Origin: an uncultured Chitinophagaceae bacterium
Lineage (GTDB): Bacteria > Bacteroidota > Bacteroidia > Chitinophagales > Chitinophagaceae
Length of the DNA: 64,000 nt
Direction of reading: 5' to 3'
Assembly (NCBI GenBank): GCA_903883945.1
Contig: CAISCV010000198.1
Location: 5,235-69,234, forward strand
Shown: piece after piece, positions 47,589 to 57,354 of the stretch
How positions within the stretch are numbered: position 1 is the stretch's first letter
Layout: each line of letters opens with the position of its first letter
The notes under the pieces: model-generated
Database searches by the model: none
The model's input: the letters and a program-made list of their open reading frames with translations, nothing else
Told to the model about the DNA's origin: nothing
Program-made: the position numbers and the translations under genes

Positions 47589-47773
47589 AATAACGGCGTG
47601 CACATGATCGCATTACTAGACGCCTATTTGGGGACATGTAGAAGAATCCAGTGAAAGCAAGACTAGTAGAACAAACGCAGGATTACAAGTATAGTAGTAC
47701 CATTCATTACAATACAAAACTAAAAGATGGATGGCTTAAAGTGGACTTGATATATCCATATAATTCCATTTAA
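47589..47773 (+). pseudogene. Possible remnant of an IS200/RayT-like (Y1) transposase gene
   Basis: The frame starting at 47642 reads KNPVKARLVEQTQDYKYSSTIHYNTKLKDGWLKVDLIYPYNSI*, preceded by a stop. NPV+AxLV....DY.YSS is the characteristic C-terminal motif of Y1/REP-associated transposases. An upstream frame reads NNGVHMIALLD, and the rest of the gene is missing. Confidence 0.45.
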
Positions 47774-47925
47774 AACCTGCTTCAATTTATAAACAAAAGA
47801 GAACGGCTTACACCAAACACTTATGCAGTCGTTTGATGTTGCTGTAGACCACCCTATAACAGCGAATAGTTTTTTCTCTTTCCCCCAAACTAATTTCATT
47901 TGATAACCATCTATACATTTGCCCA

Positions 47926-48657
47926 ATGCCATCAGTTATAAAACAGCGAGTAAGAAAAGAAAAAGACGACTCCAATGAGCAGGCTTTGTTGTTTGTTGTC
48001 TTTTGGGGAGCGGTACTAGTAGAAAGTATTGCTTTGTATAAACGTGTCTATCTGTTATATGGAGTTGCCAGAATGTTGGTGGTACCGGTATTACTTGTGC
48101 GTACCTTTCGCTCTCCCGCCTTTAGAAACATAGGGTTATACTTTTTTCTATTTCTAGCCCTATCCTTTATCGCTGATACTTTTACCATTTTTGGCAACTA
48201 TTCCTTGGGTTCAATTGGGCTTAGTCTCTATACACTTAGTTATATATGTATGGCTTGCTGGTTTCAACAATTAAAAAATAATAGCAATAGCAACATACTG
48301 TTTGTAACAGCAGTCTTACTTCTTTCTTTACTAAATACCCTATGGAAATATGCTCCCGAAATACACAAGCAAACCTATCCAGTACTGATTGGTACACATT
48401 CTTTGGTATTGATTTACATAATTTATAGCGTAGCAAATATGAGGGCTAAAAACAACTATTACTTATTCTTATTTGGCGTAATCGCGATAATAATTACCAA
48501 TATATTATATGGAATAGACATCCTTTATTATCATCAAACCCTTTCGTGGCTAGATGCATTTGTGGGGTTAGGAAACGGAGTATATCTGTTTTTGATAACC
48601 AAAAGCATTCTTCGTATTGAGCGGATGCTTCAAGCAGCAAACGGCGCAGTAAATTGA
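47926..48657 (+). CDS. Polytopic membrane protein, possibly YhhN (lysoplasmalogenase-like) family
   Basis: 243 aa with about 7 TM helices. ARMLVVPVLLV and FLFLALSFIADTF resemble YhhN motifs, but the match is weak. Confidence 0.45.
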   Translation: MPSVIKQRVRKEKDDSNEQALLFVVFWGAVLVESIALYKRVYLLYGVARMLVVPVLLVRTFRSPAFRNIGLYFFLFLALSFIADTFTIFGNYSLGSIGLSLYTLSYICMACWFQQLKNNSNSNILFVTAVLLLSLLNTLWKYAPEIHKQTYPVLIGTHSLVLIYIIYSVANMRAKNNYYLFLFGVIAIIITNILYGIDILYYHQTLSWLDAFVGLGNGVYLFLITKSILRIERMLQAANGAVN

Positions 48658-48683
48658 TAAAGGATTTCGAGAAGCTGTTTGCA

Positions 48684-49277
48684 TTAATGATAATAAGGGC
48701 TAATCATCAGATAAACCACAGGGCCAGTAACGGCTACATAAAACCATAATGGCCAAGTAATTCTTGCCAACTTCTTATGCTTAGGATATTCTCCTGTAAG
48801 ACCTCTGTAGGCTGTGAATAGAATGAATGGAAGAATAACAGAAGCTAAGAAGATATGAGTGGATAGAATTGTATAATAAACATATCGTAAGCTTGAAACC
48901 TGTAGTTTTTCTTCGTTGGAAACAATGCCATCATGATTTGTATCGCCAAACTTAGTTTCGGCAGCCAACAAATGATGGGCTATGTAAGACACCAAGAAAA
49001 GTATAGATAGAATGAGACATGTAAGCATAAGCCTTTTATGTAAATAAAAGTTTTTACTAATCTTCACCGAAATTAATGCCCCTACTAGTAAACAAGCCGT
49101 ACAGGCATTGAGAAAGGCGTTGAGCGTAGCAAAAATGTGGACATTAAACCCGAGGTCTAGCGTAAGTTTGAACTTACCTAATAAAACAACTACTGCAAAT
49201 ACTACGAAAGAAAAGATACAAATTAACCACTTAGCTAGGTTGTCATTTTTCTTTAATGTAGGTTCAATTATTCTCAT
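48684..49277 (-). CDS. DUF420-family membrane protein (oxidase-cluster associated)
   Basis: 197 aa with 5 hydrophobic helices. It holds the last position of the cox/SCO1 operon, as in other Bacteroidota and Bacillus clusters. It contains a DTNHDGIVSNEE loop. Confidence 0.7.
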   Translation of the reverse strand: MRIIEPTLKKNDNLAKWLICIFSFVVFAVVVLLGKFKLTLDLGFNVHIFATLNAFLNACTACLLVGALISVKISKNFYLHKRLMLTCLILSILFLVSYIAHHLLAAETKFGDTNHDGIVSNEEKLQVSSLRYVYYTILSTHIFLASVILPFILFTAYRGLTGEYPKHKKLARITWPLWFYVAVTGPVVYLMISPYYH

Positions 49278-49328
49278 AAATATTTAATTACTTAGTTACA
49301 CTTAATTTTATTTTGAGTAGTGCTAAGT

Positions 49329-50141
49329 CTATCCATTTAGCTTCTGCCGCTTAGTCATATAGATAACAAAAAATGTTACCAATAAAACAATGATTAGCCA
49401 AAGCCATTTTAGATTGATAATTTCAAGAAATAGTTCGCTTTTCTTTTTCTTATCCTTTTCTAACATTAGAATTCCAATATCTCTAGCAAGTTTTGAAACC
49501 TCCAATGTATCCAGACCATTATAATACCCCCTTACAATATAGTCCTTATCTAATAGTACAAATAAATTGGTGTGCACAAAGTCTGAATCAACAGGGGTCT
49601 CATTGAACTTATCGACTTTTAATTCTTCGAAAGCAAACTTGGCAATCTTTTTATCATCACCAGTAAGCATCCACCAATTGTCGTGGTTTACGCCAAATCG
49701 ATCCGCATAATCTTTTAAAGCTTTTACCGTATCTCTTTTTGCATCTATGGTAAAAGAAACAAACTGAACTACCGTTGTATCGACTTTGTTGCGGGTATCC
49801 CCTCCTAGTATAAAGGAGTGTTGCAATTTTGCCATATTCCTAGTTAAGATAGGACATATACTTCGACAATGTGTAAAGATGTAATCTATTACTATAATTT
49901 TTCCAGGCTTGTCGTATAAACTTACAGTATCACCTAATTGATTGGCAAGGGTAATATTAGCTGTCTTATGCCATATTGTATCACTAATCTGTTTGCCATC
50001 TTTAATGCTTTCTATTACAGTATCCATCAAAAAATGACGCGGCATTATTACAGCCTTATCACTTGCCTGTTTTAACCATAGATAGCAGAAGGCAGGAATC
50101 AGAACTGCTATACAAAGCGCTAACAAAGCTTTTTTATTCAT
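49329..50141 (-). CDS. SCO1/SenC-family copper chaperone (thioredoxin fold)
   Basis: It carries the CRSICP (CxxxC) motif and a downstream His, with an N-terminal anchor MNKKALLALCIAVLIPAF starting at 50141 (the ORF is open to 50210). There is an additional C-terminal hydrophobic helix. Confidence 0.8.
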   Translation of the reverse strand: MNKKALLALCIAVLIPAFCYLWLKQASDKAVIMPRHFLMDTVIESIKDGKQISDTIWHKTANITLANQLGDTVSLYDKPGKIIVIDYIFTHCRSICPILTRNMAKLQHSFILGGDTRNKVDTTVVQFVSFTIDAKRDTVKALKDYADRFGVNHDNWWMLTGDDKKIAKFAFEELKVDKFNETPVDSDFVHTNLFVLLDKDYIVRGYYNGLDTLEVSKLARDIGILMLEKDKKKKSELFLEIINLKWLWLIIVLLVTFFVIYMTKRQKLNG

Positions 50142-50249
50142 TATACATCCGATAAATAAAGAAAAGAAATATAGATTAATAAAAAACCATCGCCTACTGC
50201 GATGGTTCACTTATTAAAGAATTTATATTAATGCGTATAATCAATAAAA

Positions 50250-50669
50250 TTATTCAGCCGAAGGCTTACCCTCTTTTACTTCTTCGTTCTTATGAACCTT
50301 TATTTCTGTTTGAGCCTTCTTGTAAGGGTCATATCTATTTCTTAAATTCTTATAGGAGTTTCCTTCATACAAAAAAGCAGTAATAAACCAAATAAACAAG
50401 GCTAAAGGAACTACAATTGTCATTATTAAGTTCTTCAATTCGTGTTTTAAGTGCATAAAGTAACCTACTATATAAAAAGCTTTTGCAATCATCAGGATAA
50501 CAATAGAACCTTTTATAGCTAATCTAAATGACTCACTTTCGATACCCATCATCCAGAAACCTAGAATCAGTTCAATAATTGTAAGAACACTTAGTATAGC
50601 GGTTACTTTCCAGATTTCTTTAACTGCGGAACCGTCGTCGTGGTGTAATGCTTGTGCTGAATGTGACAT
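50250..50669 (-). CDS. Cytochrome c oxidase subunit IV-like small membrane protein
   Basis: 139 aa with three TM helices. Its position directly after the two subunit III genes supports the call. Confidence 0.65.
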   Translation of the reverse strand: MSHSAQALHHDDGSAVKEIWKVTAILSVLTIIELILGFWMMGIESESFRLAIKGSIVILMIAKAFYIVGYFMHLKHELKNLIMTIVVPLALFIWFITAFLYEGNSYKNLRNRYDPYKKAQTEIKVHKNEEVKEGKPSAE

Positions 50670-50708
50670 TTTATAAATTTAATTAGTTAGTTAGTTGATG
50701 AATGATTT

Positions 50709-51392
50709 TTAAATTAGATAGAAACAAGTAAATACAAATACCCAAACCAAATCAACAAAGTGCCAGTATAAACCCGCCTTTTCGATCATTAGGTAATGTC
50801 CACGTTTTTCGAACTTATCCATTAATGTCATGATCAACATAATGATATTAATAACAACACCACTAAAAACGTGAAAACCATGAAAACCTGTGATGGTAAA
50901 GAAGTAATTGGTGAAATTGGTAGATGACTGTGTGCCATCTGCGTTTAAGAAAGGATTGGCACCCCACCAAGCACCTTCGCTGTGCAAATGATTCCACTCC
51001 CAAGCCTGACAGCTTAAGAAAGCTATACCACCAATGATAGTTAGAATCAAATTTCTAACAACTGCTTTCTTATCCATTTGCTTTCCAGCTAGTACTGCAA
51101 GCACCATTGTCACTGAACTGATAATTAATATGAAGGTCATTATACTCACAAATACCAATGGGGCATGAACGCCTTCGGGAGCAAATGGAAAACTTTTGAA
51201 TACTTCATTTGGATTGGGCCAACCGTTTGATGAAAAACGAATAGTGCCATAAGAAATTAAAAAAGCACCAAATGTGAAGGCGTCACTCATCAGGAAATAC
51301 CACATCATCAATTTGCCATACTCCACATCGAAAGGACTCTTACCTCCACCCCACAACTTAGTTGGTGCTGCTGTAGCTGTTACTGTACTCAT
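50709..51392 (-). CDS. Cytochrome c oxidase subunit III
   Basis: 227 aa. FFTITGFHGFHVFSGV and YWHFVDLVWVFVF are signature segments of subunit III. Confidence 0.85.
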   Translation of the reverse strand: MSTVTATAAPTKLWGGGKSPFDVEYGKLMMWYFLMSDAFTFGAFLISYGTIRFSSNGWPNPNEVFKSFPFAPEGVHAPLVFVSIMTFILIISSVTMVLAVLAGKQMDKKAVVRNLILTIIGGIAFLSCQAWEWNHLHSEGAWWGANPFLNADGTQSSTNFTNYFFTITGFHGFHVFSGVVINIIMLIMTLMDKFEKRGHYLMIEKAGLYWHFVDLVWVFVFTCFYLI

Positions 51393-51468
51393 AAGTTAAT
51401 TCTAAATTATGCCGCAAAAATATTGGCTAGTGTTGAATAAATGTAAATAAAATATATTTTTTTGTATA

Positions 51469-52047
51469 TTATCTTAACCAATTGAAGAAAATAAATAGAT
51501 AAATCCAAAGAAAATCTACGAAATGCCAATAAGTACTAATAATTTCTATGGGTAAACTACTATAATTTTTTATTTTGCTAACATACGCTCTAATGAAAAT
51601 AACAAGCAGTGCAATAACCCCACCCAAAACATGAAGCATGTGTAAGATTGTAATTACCCCTAAGAAAGATGTCGCAGAATTACTTTTAGAACCGAATAAT
51701 GGGATATTACGTGCTTCTAGATTAGCGAACCCTGAAATTTGTAATCCCATAAATAACAATCCTAAAAGAGATGTTACCGTAATAAGGGTTCGGTATTGCC
51801 TCATTTCTCTAGCTTTAAATGCTTTTAAAGCCATATTGATTGTAATACTACTTGTAATAATAGCTATGGTGCTATACCAGAAAACTAACGGCAATGAATA
51901 CTCTAACCAATTAGCTTGGCTTTTTTTTACAATATAAGCGCTAGTTAAACCCGCAAACATCATCACAATACTACCCATTGCAACCCACAAAACAAATTTT
52001 TGAGGATGTATCCGACCATCAGCTTGACTACTTTTTACTAATACCAT
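51469..52047 (-). CDS. Cytochrome c oxidase subunit III-family protein (second copy)
   Basis: 192 aa. LHMLHVLGGVIAL and YWHFVDFLWIYLFIFF are present. Confidence 0.8.
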   Translation of the reverse strand: MVLVKSSQADGRIHPQKFVLWVAMGSIVMMFAGLTSAYIVKKSQANWLEYSLPLVFWYSTIAIITSSITINMALKAFKAREMRQYRTLITVTSLLGLLFMGLQISGFANLEARNIPLFGSKSNSATSFLGVITILHMLHVLGGVIALLVIFIRAYVSKIKNYSSLPIEIISTYWHFVDFLWIYLFIFFNWLR

Positions 52048-52088
52048 AATTTATAGTTTAAAAATTATAAATAAAGATTTAAAATACA

Positions 52089-52991
52089 CTAATGCGTTTT
52101 ATCTGCCAATAAACTGAGCAACACGATTGGAAGGTAAATGTAACTACTAAACATAACCCTTCTAGCTGCAATTACATTCATTTCATTGTATAAACGAACT
52201 CCTTGAATAACCATAAATAGGTTGCATAACAATAAGATTATCATACTTACGTTTCCTGCCATGTTATAATAATGAGGTAAGATACCAACAGGTATCATGA
52301 GTACACTATACATAATACCTTGTATAGCTGTAAACTTTGTTGGTCCTTTATCTGCAGGCAATAACTTGAAGCCTACATTACTGTAATCTTTATGAGCTAC
52401 CCAGGCTATAGCCCAAAAATGAGGAAACTGCCATAAGAATTGGATTCCGAAAAGTATCCAACCACCGATACTAAAATTGTCGTTGCCAGCTACCCATCCA
52501 ATTAAACAAGGAAATGCACCAGGGAAAGCACCCACTAGAACCGCAATAGAATTTATTTTCTTAAGTGGGGTATAAACGAATGCATACAAGAATAAACTAA
52601 ATGCTGAAAGTAAAGCAGATGCTGGATTGAACAGATACCACATCATAACAACACCTATCAAACCTGAAACTATTGCAAAGGTATAAGCTTCATTTTGGCT
52701 CATTCTACCACTAGCCACTGGTCTTTTACTTGTTCTAGCCATTTGTGCATCTGTATCTTTTTCTACAGCCTGATTTATTGCGTTTGCACTACCCGTAATA
52801 AGCATACCAGCAATGAACAAAAAGGTAATTAAGAGCCAATTATAAGAAACTATATTAGGAGCTAAAAGATAACATATAACACAAGAAAAAACAACCGTAA
52901 AACTGAGGGTAAACTTCATCAACAAGAAGTAATCCTTCACTTTAGAAGCGAGTGAAAATGAAAAAGAAGAAGTTGTATTTAATTCTGTCAT
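52089..52991 (-). CDS. cyoE: Protoheme IX farnesyltransferase (heme O synthase)
   Basis: 300 aa, UbiA superfamily. NAINQAVEKDTDAQMARTSKRPVASGR and the later WQFPHFWAIAW segment are present. Confidence 0.92.
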   Translation of the reverse strand: MTELNTTSSFSFSLASKVKDYFLLMKFTLSFTVVFSCVICYLLAPNIVSYNWLLITFLFIAGMLITGSANAINQAVEKDTDAQMARTSKRPVASGRMSQNEAYTFAIVSGLIGVVMMWYLFNPASALLSAFSLFLYAFVYTPLKKINSIAVLVGAFPGAFPCLIGWVAGNDNFSIGGWILFGIQFLWQFPHFWAIAWVAHKDYSNVGFKLLPADKGPTKFTAIQGIMYSVLMIPVGILPHYYNMAGNVSMIILLLCNLFMVIQGVRLYNEMNVIAARRVMFSSYIYLPIVLLSLLADKTH

Positions 52992-53027
52992 CTATTGATA
53001 TAAAATATTTTGCGTACCATTAACAAT

Positions 53028-53051
53028 AATGCCCTGAAAGATCAGGGCATT
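53028..53051 (-). other. Intra-operon hairpin between coxI and cyoE
   Basis: AATGCCCTGAaagaTCAGGGCATT has a 10-bp perfect stem. It lies 23 nt after the coxI stop and has no strong U-tract. Confidence 0.5.
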
Positions 53052-53073
53052 AGTATATTAAAAGTCTTTATTG

Positions 53074-54891
53074 TTAGTGAACACTTTCATCAGCCCCGAC
53101 AGGCGTAGTCTGGCTAATAAAATCAGTACCATCTTTACCATAATCATAGGCCCAACGATAAACTTCTGGTATTTCACCGGGCCAATTTCCGTGTCCAGGT
53201 TTAATAGGAGTTGTCCATTCTAATGTGTTAGAGCCCCAAGGGTTAGCTGTACGTAATTTACGACCTTTGAAGATAGAATAAAAGAAATTAGCTAAAAATA
53301 GTATCTGTGTAGCAAAAACAATCATAGCCACAGTGCTTATAAACCTATTTAAATCACTAAATTGTTTAAAACTTTCCCAAATACTGTAATCATAATAGCG
53401 TCGAGGCATACCAGCTAAACCTTCGTAGTGCATAGGCCAAAATATGAGGTATGCACCAGCAATAGTTATCCAAAAATGAACATACCCAAGTGTATTATTT
53501 AAGAAACGACCATACATTTTAGGGAACCAATGATAGATGCCAGCAAACATACCAAACATACTTGCAACCCCCATAACAATATGAAAGTGTGCAATTACAA
53601 AGTAGGTGTCATGTAAGTGAATGTCAAGTGCAGAATTACCTAACCAAATACCAGTTAATCCTCCAGAAATAAATAAACTCACAAACCCTATTGCAAACAA
53701 CATAGCAGGTGTAAATCTTATGTTACCCCTCCATAGTGTGGTTAGCCAATTGAATACTTTAATAGCAGAGGGGACAGCAATGAGTAATGTTAACAGAACG
53801 AATATAGAACCTAGGAAAGGATTTAGCCCAGTAACAAACATGTGGTGAGCCCATACTAGAAAGGCAAGAATTGCGATAGCAAACATAGATCCAATCATCG
53901 CCATATAGCCAAAGATTGGTTTACGTGCATTGGTACTTAAAATCTCAGACACCATACCCATTGCTGGTAAAAGAATAATGTAAACTTCCGGGTGACCTAA
54001 GAACCAAAATAAATGTTGGTAAAGAATAGCACTACCCCCTTCGTTAGGAAGTGCACCAGCACCATTCACAAAAATATCCGACAGGTAAAAGCTTGTTCCA
54101 AAGTTTCTATCAAAAATCAAAAGTATAAATCCTGAAAACAAAACTGGAAATGAAAGAACTCCTAGCACAGCTGTGAAGAATAAAGCCCAAATAGTAAGAG
54201 GCAATCTTGTCATACTCATACCTTTAGTACGCATATTCAATACAGTAGCAATGTAATTTAATCCACCAAGCAAAGATGAAACCACAAATAAAGCCATACT
54301 TACAATCCATAAGTCCATACCAGTCTTTGAACCTGGAGAGGCATCACCCAAAGCACTCAAAGGAGGATAGGCAGTCCAACCACCACTAAATGGTCCTGTT
54401 TCTACAAATATAGATGACAACATAACAATCCCAGCAGTAAAAAAGAACCAAAAGCTGAGCATATTCATAAATGGTGAAGCCATATCTCTAGCACCTACTT
54501 GTAGAGGAATCAAAAAATTAGCGAAAGTTCCACTAAGACCTGCAGTTAAAACGAAGAAAACCAACACAGTACCATGTGTAGTAACAAGTGCATAATAAGC
54601 TTCTGGGGTAATGTGACCACCTTTAGCCCATTTACCTAAAATGTCTTCTAACCAAGGAAAAGTAGAATCAGGATAACCTAACTGAAGACGGAAAAGTACA
54701 CTCATAAATCCACCTAAAACTGCCCAAAACATTCCAGTAATCAAAAATTGTTTAGCAATCATTTTATGATCCATACTAAACACATACTTTGAAATAAAAG
54801 TCTCATGATGATGATGTTCATCATGTGAATGGTGGGTATCGTGTAAACTAGAAACGCCACTATGAAAGTCTAAAGCTACTTCACTACTCAT
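53074..54891 (-). CDS. ctaD: Cytochrome c oxidase subunit I
   Basis: 605 aa. HLFWFLGHPEVYILLLPAMG, WAHHMF, and HDTYFVIAHFHIVM are canonical heme-copper oxidase motifs. Confidence 0.95.
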   Translation of the reverse strand: MSSEVALDFHSGVSSLHDTHHSHDEHHHHETFISKYVFSMDHKMIAKQFLITGMFWAVLGGFMSVLFRLQLGYPDSTFPWLEDILGKWAKGGHITPEAYYALVTTHGTVLVFFVLTAGLSGTFANFLIPLQVGARDMASPFMNMLSFWFFFTAGIVMLSSIFVETGPFSGGWTAYPPLSALGDASPGSKTGMDLWIVSMALFVVSSLLGGLNYIATVLNMRTKGMSMTRLPLTIWALFFTAVLGVLSFPVLFSGFILLIFDRNFGTSFYLSDIFVNGAGALPNEGGSAILYQHLFWFLGHPEVYIILLPAMGMVSEILSTNARKPIFGYMAMIGSMFAIAILAFLVWAHHMFVTGLNPFLGSIFVLLTLLIAVPSAIKVFNWLTTLWRGNIRFTPAMLFAIGFVSLFISGGLTGIWLGNSALDIHLHDTYFVIAHFHIVMGVASMFGMFAGIYHWFPKMYGRFLNNTLGYVHFWITIAGAYLIFWPMHYEGLAGMPRRYYDYSIWESFKQFSDLNRFISTVAMIVFATQILFLANFFYSIFKGRKLRTANPWGSNTLEWTTPIKPGHGNWPGEIPEVYRWAYDYGKDGTDFISQTTPVGADESVH

Positions 54892-54945
54892 AAATTAATA
54901 TTTATCAATTATTACAACCAATTACAGAACTGGTTTAAAAATATA

Positions 54946-56025
54946 TTATATTTTTGAATTACTCTTTTGAGTATTTGATATTTCTTTGAATACTACAACC
55001 TTTTTTGTAGAATCAACAGAAGGTTTTGAATTAGATGGTTCTTTGTCGGGAAATGCAGTATAATAGTAAGGTTTTTGTTTTGCCATCCATTCATCATATT
55101 CAGACTGGGTAACCACTTGTATGATACCTTTCATAGAATAGTGTCCATTACCACACATTTGGTCGCAACTGATTTCGTAAGCAAAGTTCGGGTTACCAGT
55201 TCTTTCTTGCATTTCCTTAGTTGTATATTTTGGAGTGAACCACATAGTAGTTGGAATACCTGGAACCGCATCCATTTTCATTCTAAATTGAGATAACCCA
55301 ACATCGTGTATTACATCTCTACTACCAATGATGAATTTACAAGGTTTATCTTTTACAATATAAACCGTTTGTTCGGTTACTATATCATCTTGAGACATCT
55401 TGTCATCCCAAACTAAACCTAGACTGTTAGATGCATTATCAATATTTTTATAATATTTTTTTCCTAATTGATTATCAGCCCCAGGATATCTAAAAATCCA
55501 ACCAAATTGCTTTCCTGTAACTTCAATCACCATTGCATCCTTTGGAGCCTCACTGGTAAATGAGAACCAATTACGTAAGCCAATAACAACCAGCACGGTA
55601 AGTACAATTGCAGGAACAACAGTCCATAATAATTCTAAATTTGTATTATGGGGAAAATAGAATACTTTTTTTCCTGGCTTTTCTTGATACTTGTAGGCAA
55701 ACCAAAATAAAAGAATTTGAGTTGCAATAAAAACACTGCCTGTTACAGCAATTGTAACCCAAAGCATAGAATCTACTTTTTCACCTTGAACACTAGCAGA
55801 TCCAAATCGGAATAATGTTTTAGGAAAAAGCAATTCATTGCAATACCAAACTCCAATAAGACCTAAAACCAAAAAAACAACCATTAAAAACCCATTAATT
55901 TTATTACTTTGTAGCTTGCTATTTTTTTCACCTTTTAAAACTGCAACGTATTCACTTGCTTTGGCAATTTGAAAAATCACTACAAAAAATAAGATTACTA
56001 CAGCTATTACTAAATACATGGTCAT
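54946..56025 (-). CDS. ctaC: Cytochrome c oxidase subunit II (CuA domain, no fused cytochrome c domain)
   Basis: 359 aa. It has two or more N-terminal TM helices. The CuA ligands appear as DVIHDVGL...CDQMCGNGHYSM. Confidence 0.9.
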   Translation of the reverse strand: MTMYLVIAVVILFFVVIFQIAKASEYVAVLKGEKNSKLQSNKINGFLMVVFLVLGLIGVWYCNELLFPKTLFRFGSASVQGEKVDSMLWVTIAVTGSVFIATQILLFWFAYKYQEKPGKKVFYFPHNTNLELLWTVVPAIVLTVLVVIGLRNWFSFTSEAPKDAMVIEVTGKQFGWIFRYPGADNQLGKKYYKNIDNASNSLGLVWDDKMSQDDIVTEQTVYIVKDKPCKFIIGSRDVIHDVGLSQFRMKMDAVPGIPTTMWFTPKYTTKEMQERTGNPNFAYEISCDQMCGNGHYSMKGIIQVVTQSEYDEWMAKQKPYYYTAFPDKEPSNSKPSVDSTKKVVVFKEISNTQKSNSKI

Positions 56026-56071
56026 ACAAATAATTTATTTACGACTTTTTCTTAAAATTAAAACCTAGAAA

Positions 56072-57301
56072 TTAAGTATGATGAATTATACTTTCCTTCA
56101 AGAATGGGTGATACTTAGCTATTAACGGCTTACTAGCAAGCCCCTTTGCAACAAATAATATCATTAAACCTACAAATAAACTTAAAACACCAAAATCCAA
56201 CCATCCAAGCGTAACGTGATCTTTACTGATACTACCCATTACCATCTGATAGAAATCTATCCAATGCCCAAACAAAATGAGTACACCCATAAAGGTTATT
56301 AGAGTGTAATTTCTTTTAGCATCCCTCTTCATCAAGATTAACAACGGACAAAGGAAATTGATTATTAAATTGAAAAAGAAAATTCCTTTGTACGCGCCCT
56401 GAACTCTTGTTTTGAAATATACAGTCTCTTCGGGTATGTTGGCGTACCATATCAACATATATTGAGAAAACCATAAATAGGTCCAGAATATTGAGAAAGC
56501 AAACATGAACTTTCCTAAATCGTGTAAGTGTTCTTGGTTAGTATACTCTAAGTATCCTTTGTTTTTTAAATAAACAACCCAAAGAGCTATTAAACTCATT
56601 CCACTAACAAAAGAACTCATGAAAGTATACCAGCTATACATGGTACTATACCAATGAGGTGTAATACTCATCATCCATAACCAAGGAATAGTAGAACCAA
56701 CTGTTAAACCGAACCATGCAATAAACATTGATGCTCTTACAGTATTCTGAAATATGAATTTTGCACCACTAACATTATCAAAAGCTCCTTTATCTGCTTC
56801 ACTGCTTAATATACGCATTCTATATCCAAGCAAACTCCACAAACCAATAGCCAGCGTAGTCCAGAACACAAAGAATTTCAAGTTTAAGAACCCAGATTTT
56901 CCTTTCAGAATAGGATCATTATTTACAGCATCTGTATCTAACCAATGATAAATCTGGTGTTTTCCAGCAAATGCTACATAAAGCAGTACTGCTAGTGTAA
57001 TTGAGCCAAAAATTGGAACCATAGTAGAAATAGCTTCAGGTACTCTTCTAAATGATTGTTGCCATCCACCCATTGCTAATGTAGTAATACAGATAAAAAA
57101 CATTGATGCGTTGCATACCAATGTCCAGAATATTGTATTATACATTACAGTACCAATGAAAATGGCTTGTTCATGCTCATCTTTACTCATTCCACTTTTG
57201 AAGAAACCAGCTAATAATGCAAGAGCCCCTATTCCTATCAGAGCATAAGACCAGGTCTTTAATTTACTAGGAACTTCAAATTGTTCTTTTATTGATGCCA
57301 T
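56072..57301 (-). CDS. actF: Alternative complex III subunit ActF (polytopic membrane subunit)
   Basis: 409 aa with about 10 TM helices. Its position after actE and before coxII matches the canonical Bacteroidota ACIII order. Confidence 0.75.
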   Translation of the reverse strand: MASIKEQFEVPSKLKTWSYALIGIGALALLAGFFKSGMSKDEHEQAIFIGTVMYNTIFWTLVCNASMFFICITTLAMGGWQQSFRRVPEAISTMVPIFGSITLAVLLYVAFAGKHQIYHWLDTDAVNNDPILKGKSGFLNLKFFVFWTTLAIGLWSLLGYRMRILSSEADKGAFDNVSGAKFIFQNTVRASMFIAWFGLTVGSTIPWLWMMSITPHWYSTMYSWYTFMSSFVSGMSLIALWVVYLKNKGYLEYTNQEHLHDLGKFMFAFSIFWTYLWFSQYMLIWYANIPEETVYFKTRVQGAYKGIFFFNLIINFLCPLLILMKRDAKRNYTLITFMGVLILFGHWIDFYQMVMGSISKDHVTLGWLDFGVLSLFVGLMILFVAKGLASKPLIAKYHPFLKESIIHHT

Positions 57302-57354
57302 CGTATTCAGTTTAATTTTGTATTGGATAATCCAATATTAAATTATAAATTAAA

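Noticed and set aside
47720-47932. 70-aa minus-strand ORF upstream of the YhhN-like gene
   Set aside because: It overlaps the transposase-fragment region and the start of 47926-48657. The plus-strand Y1-transposase motif explains this stretch better.
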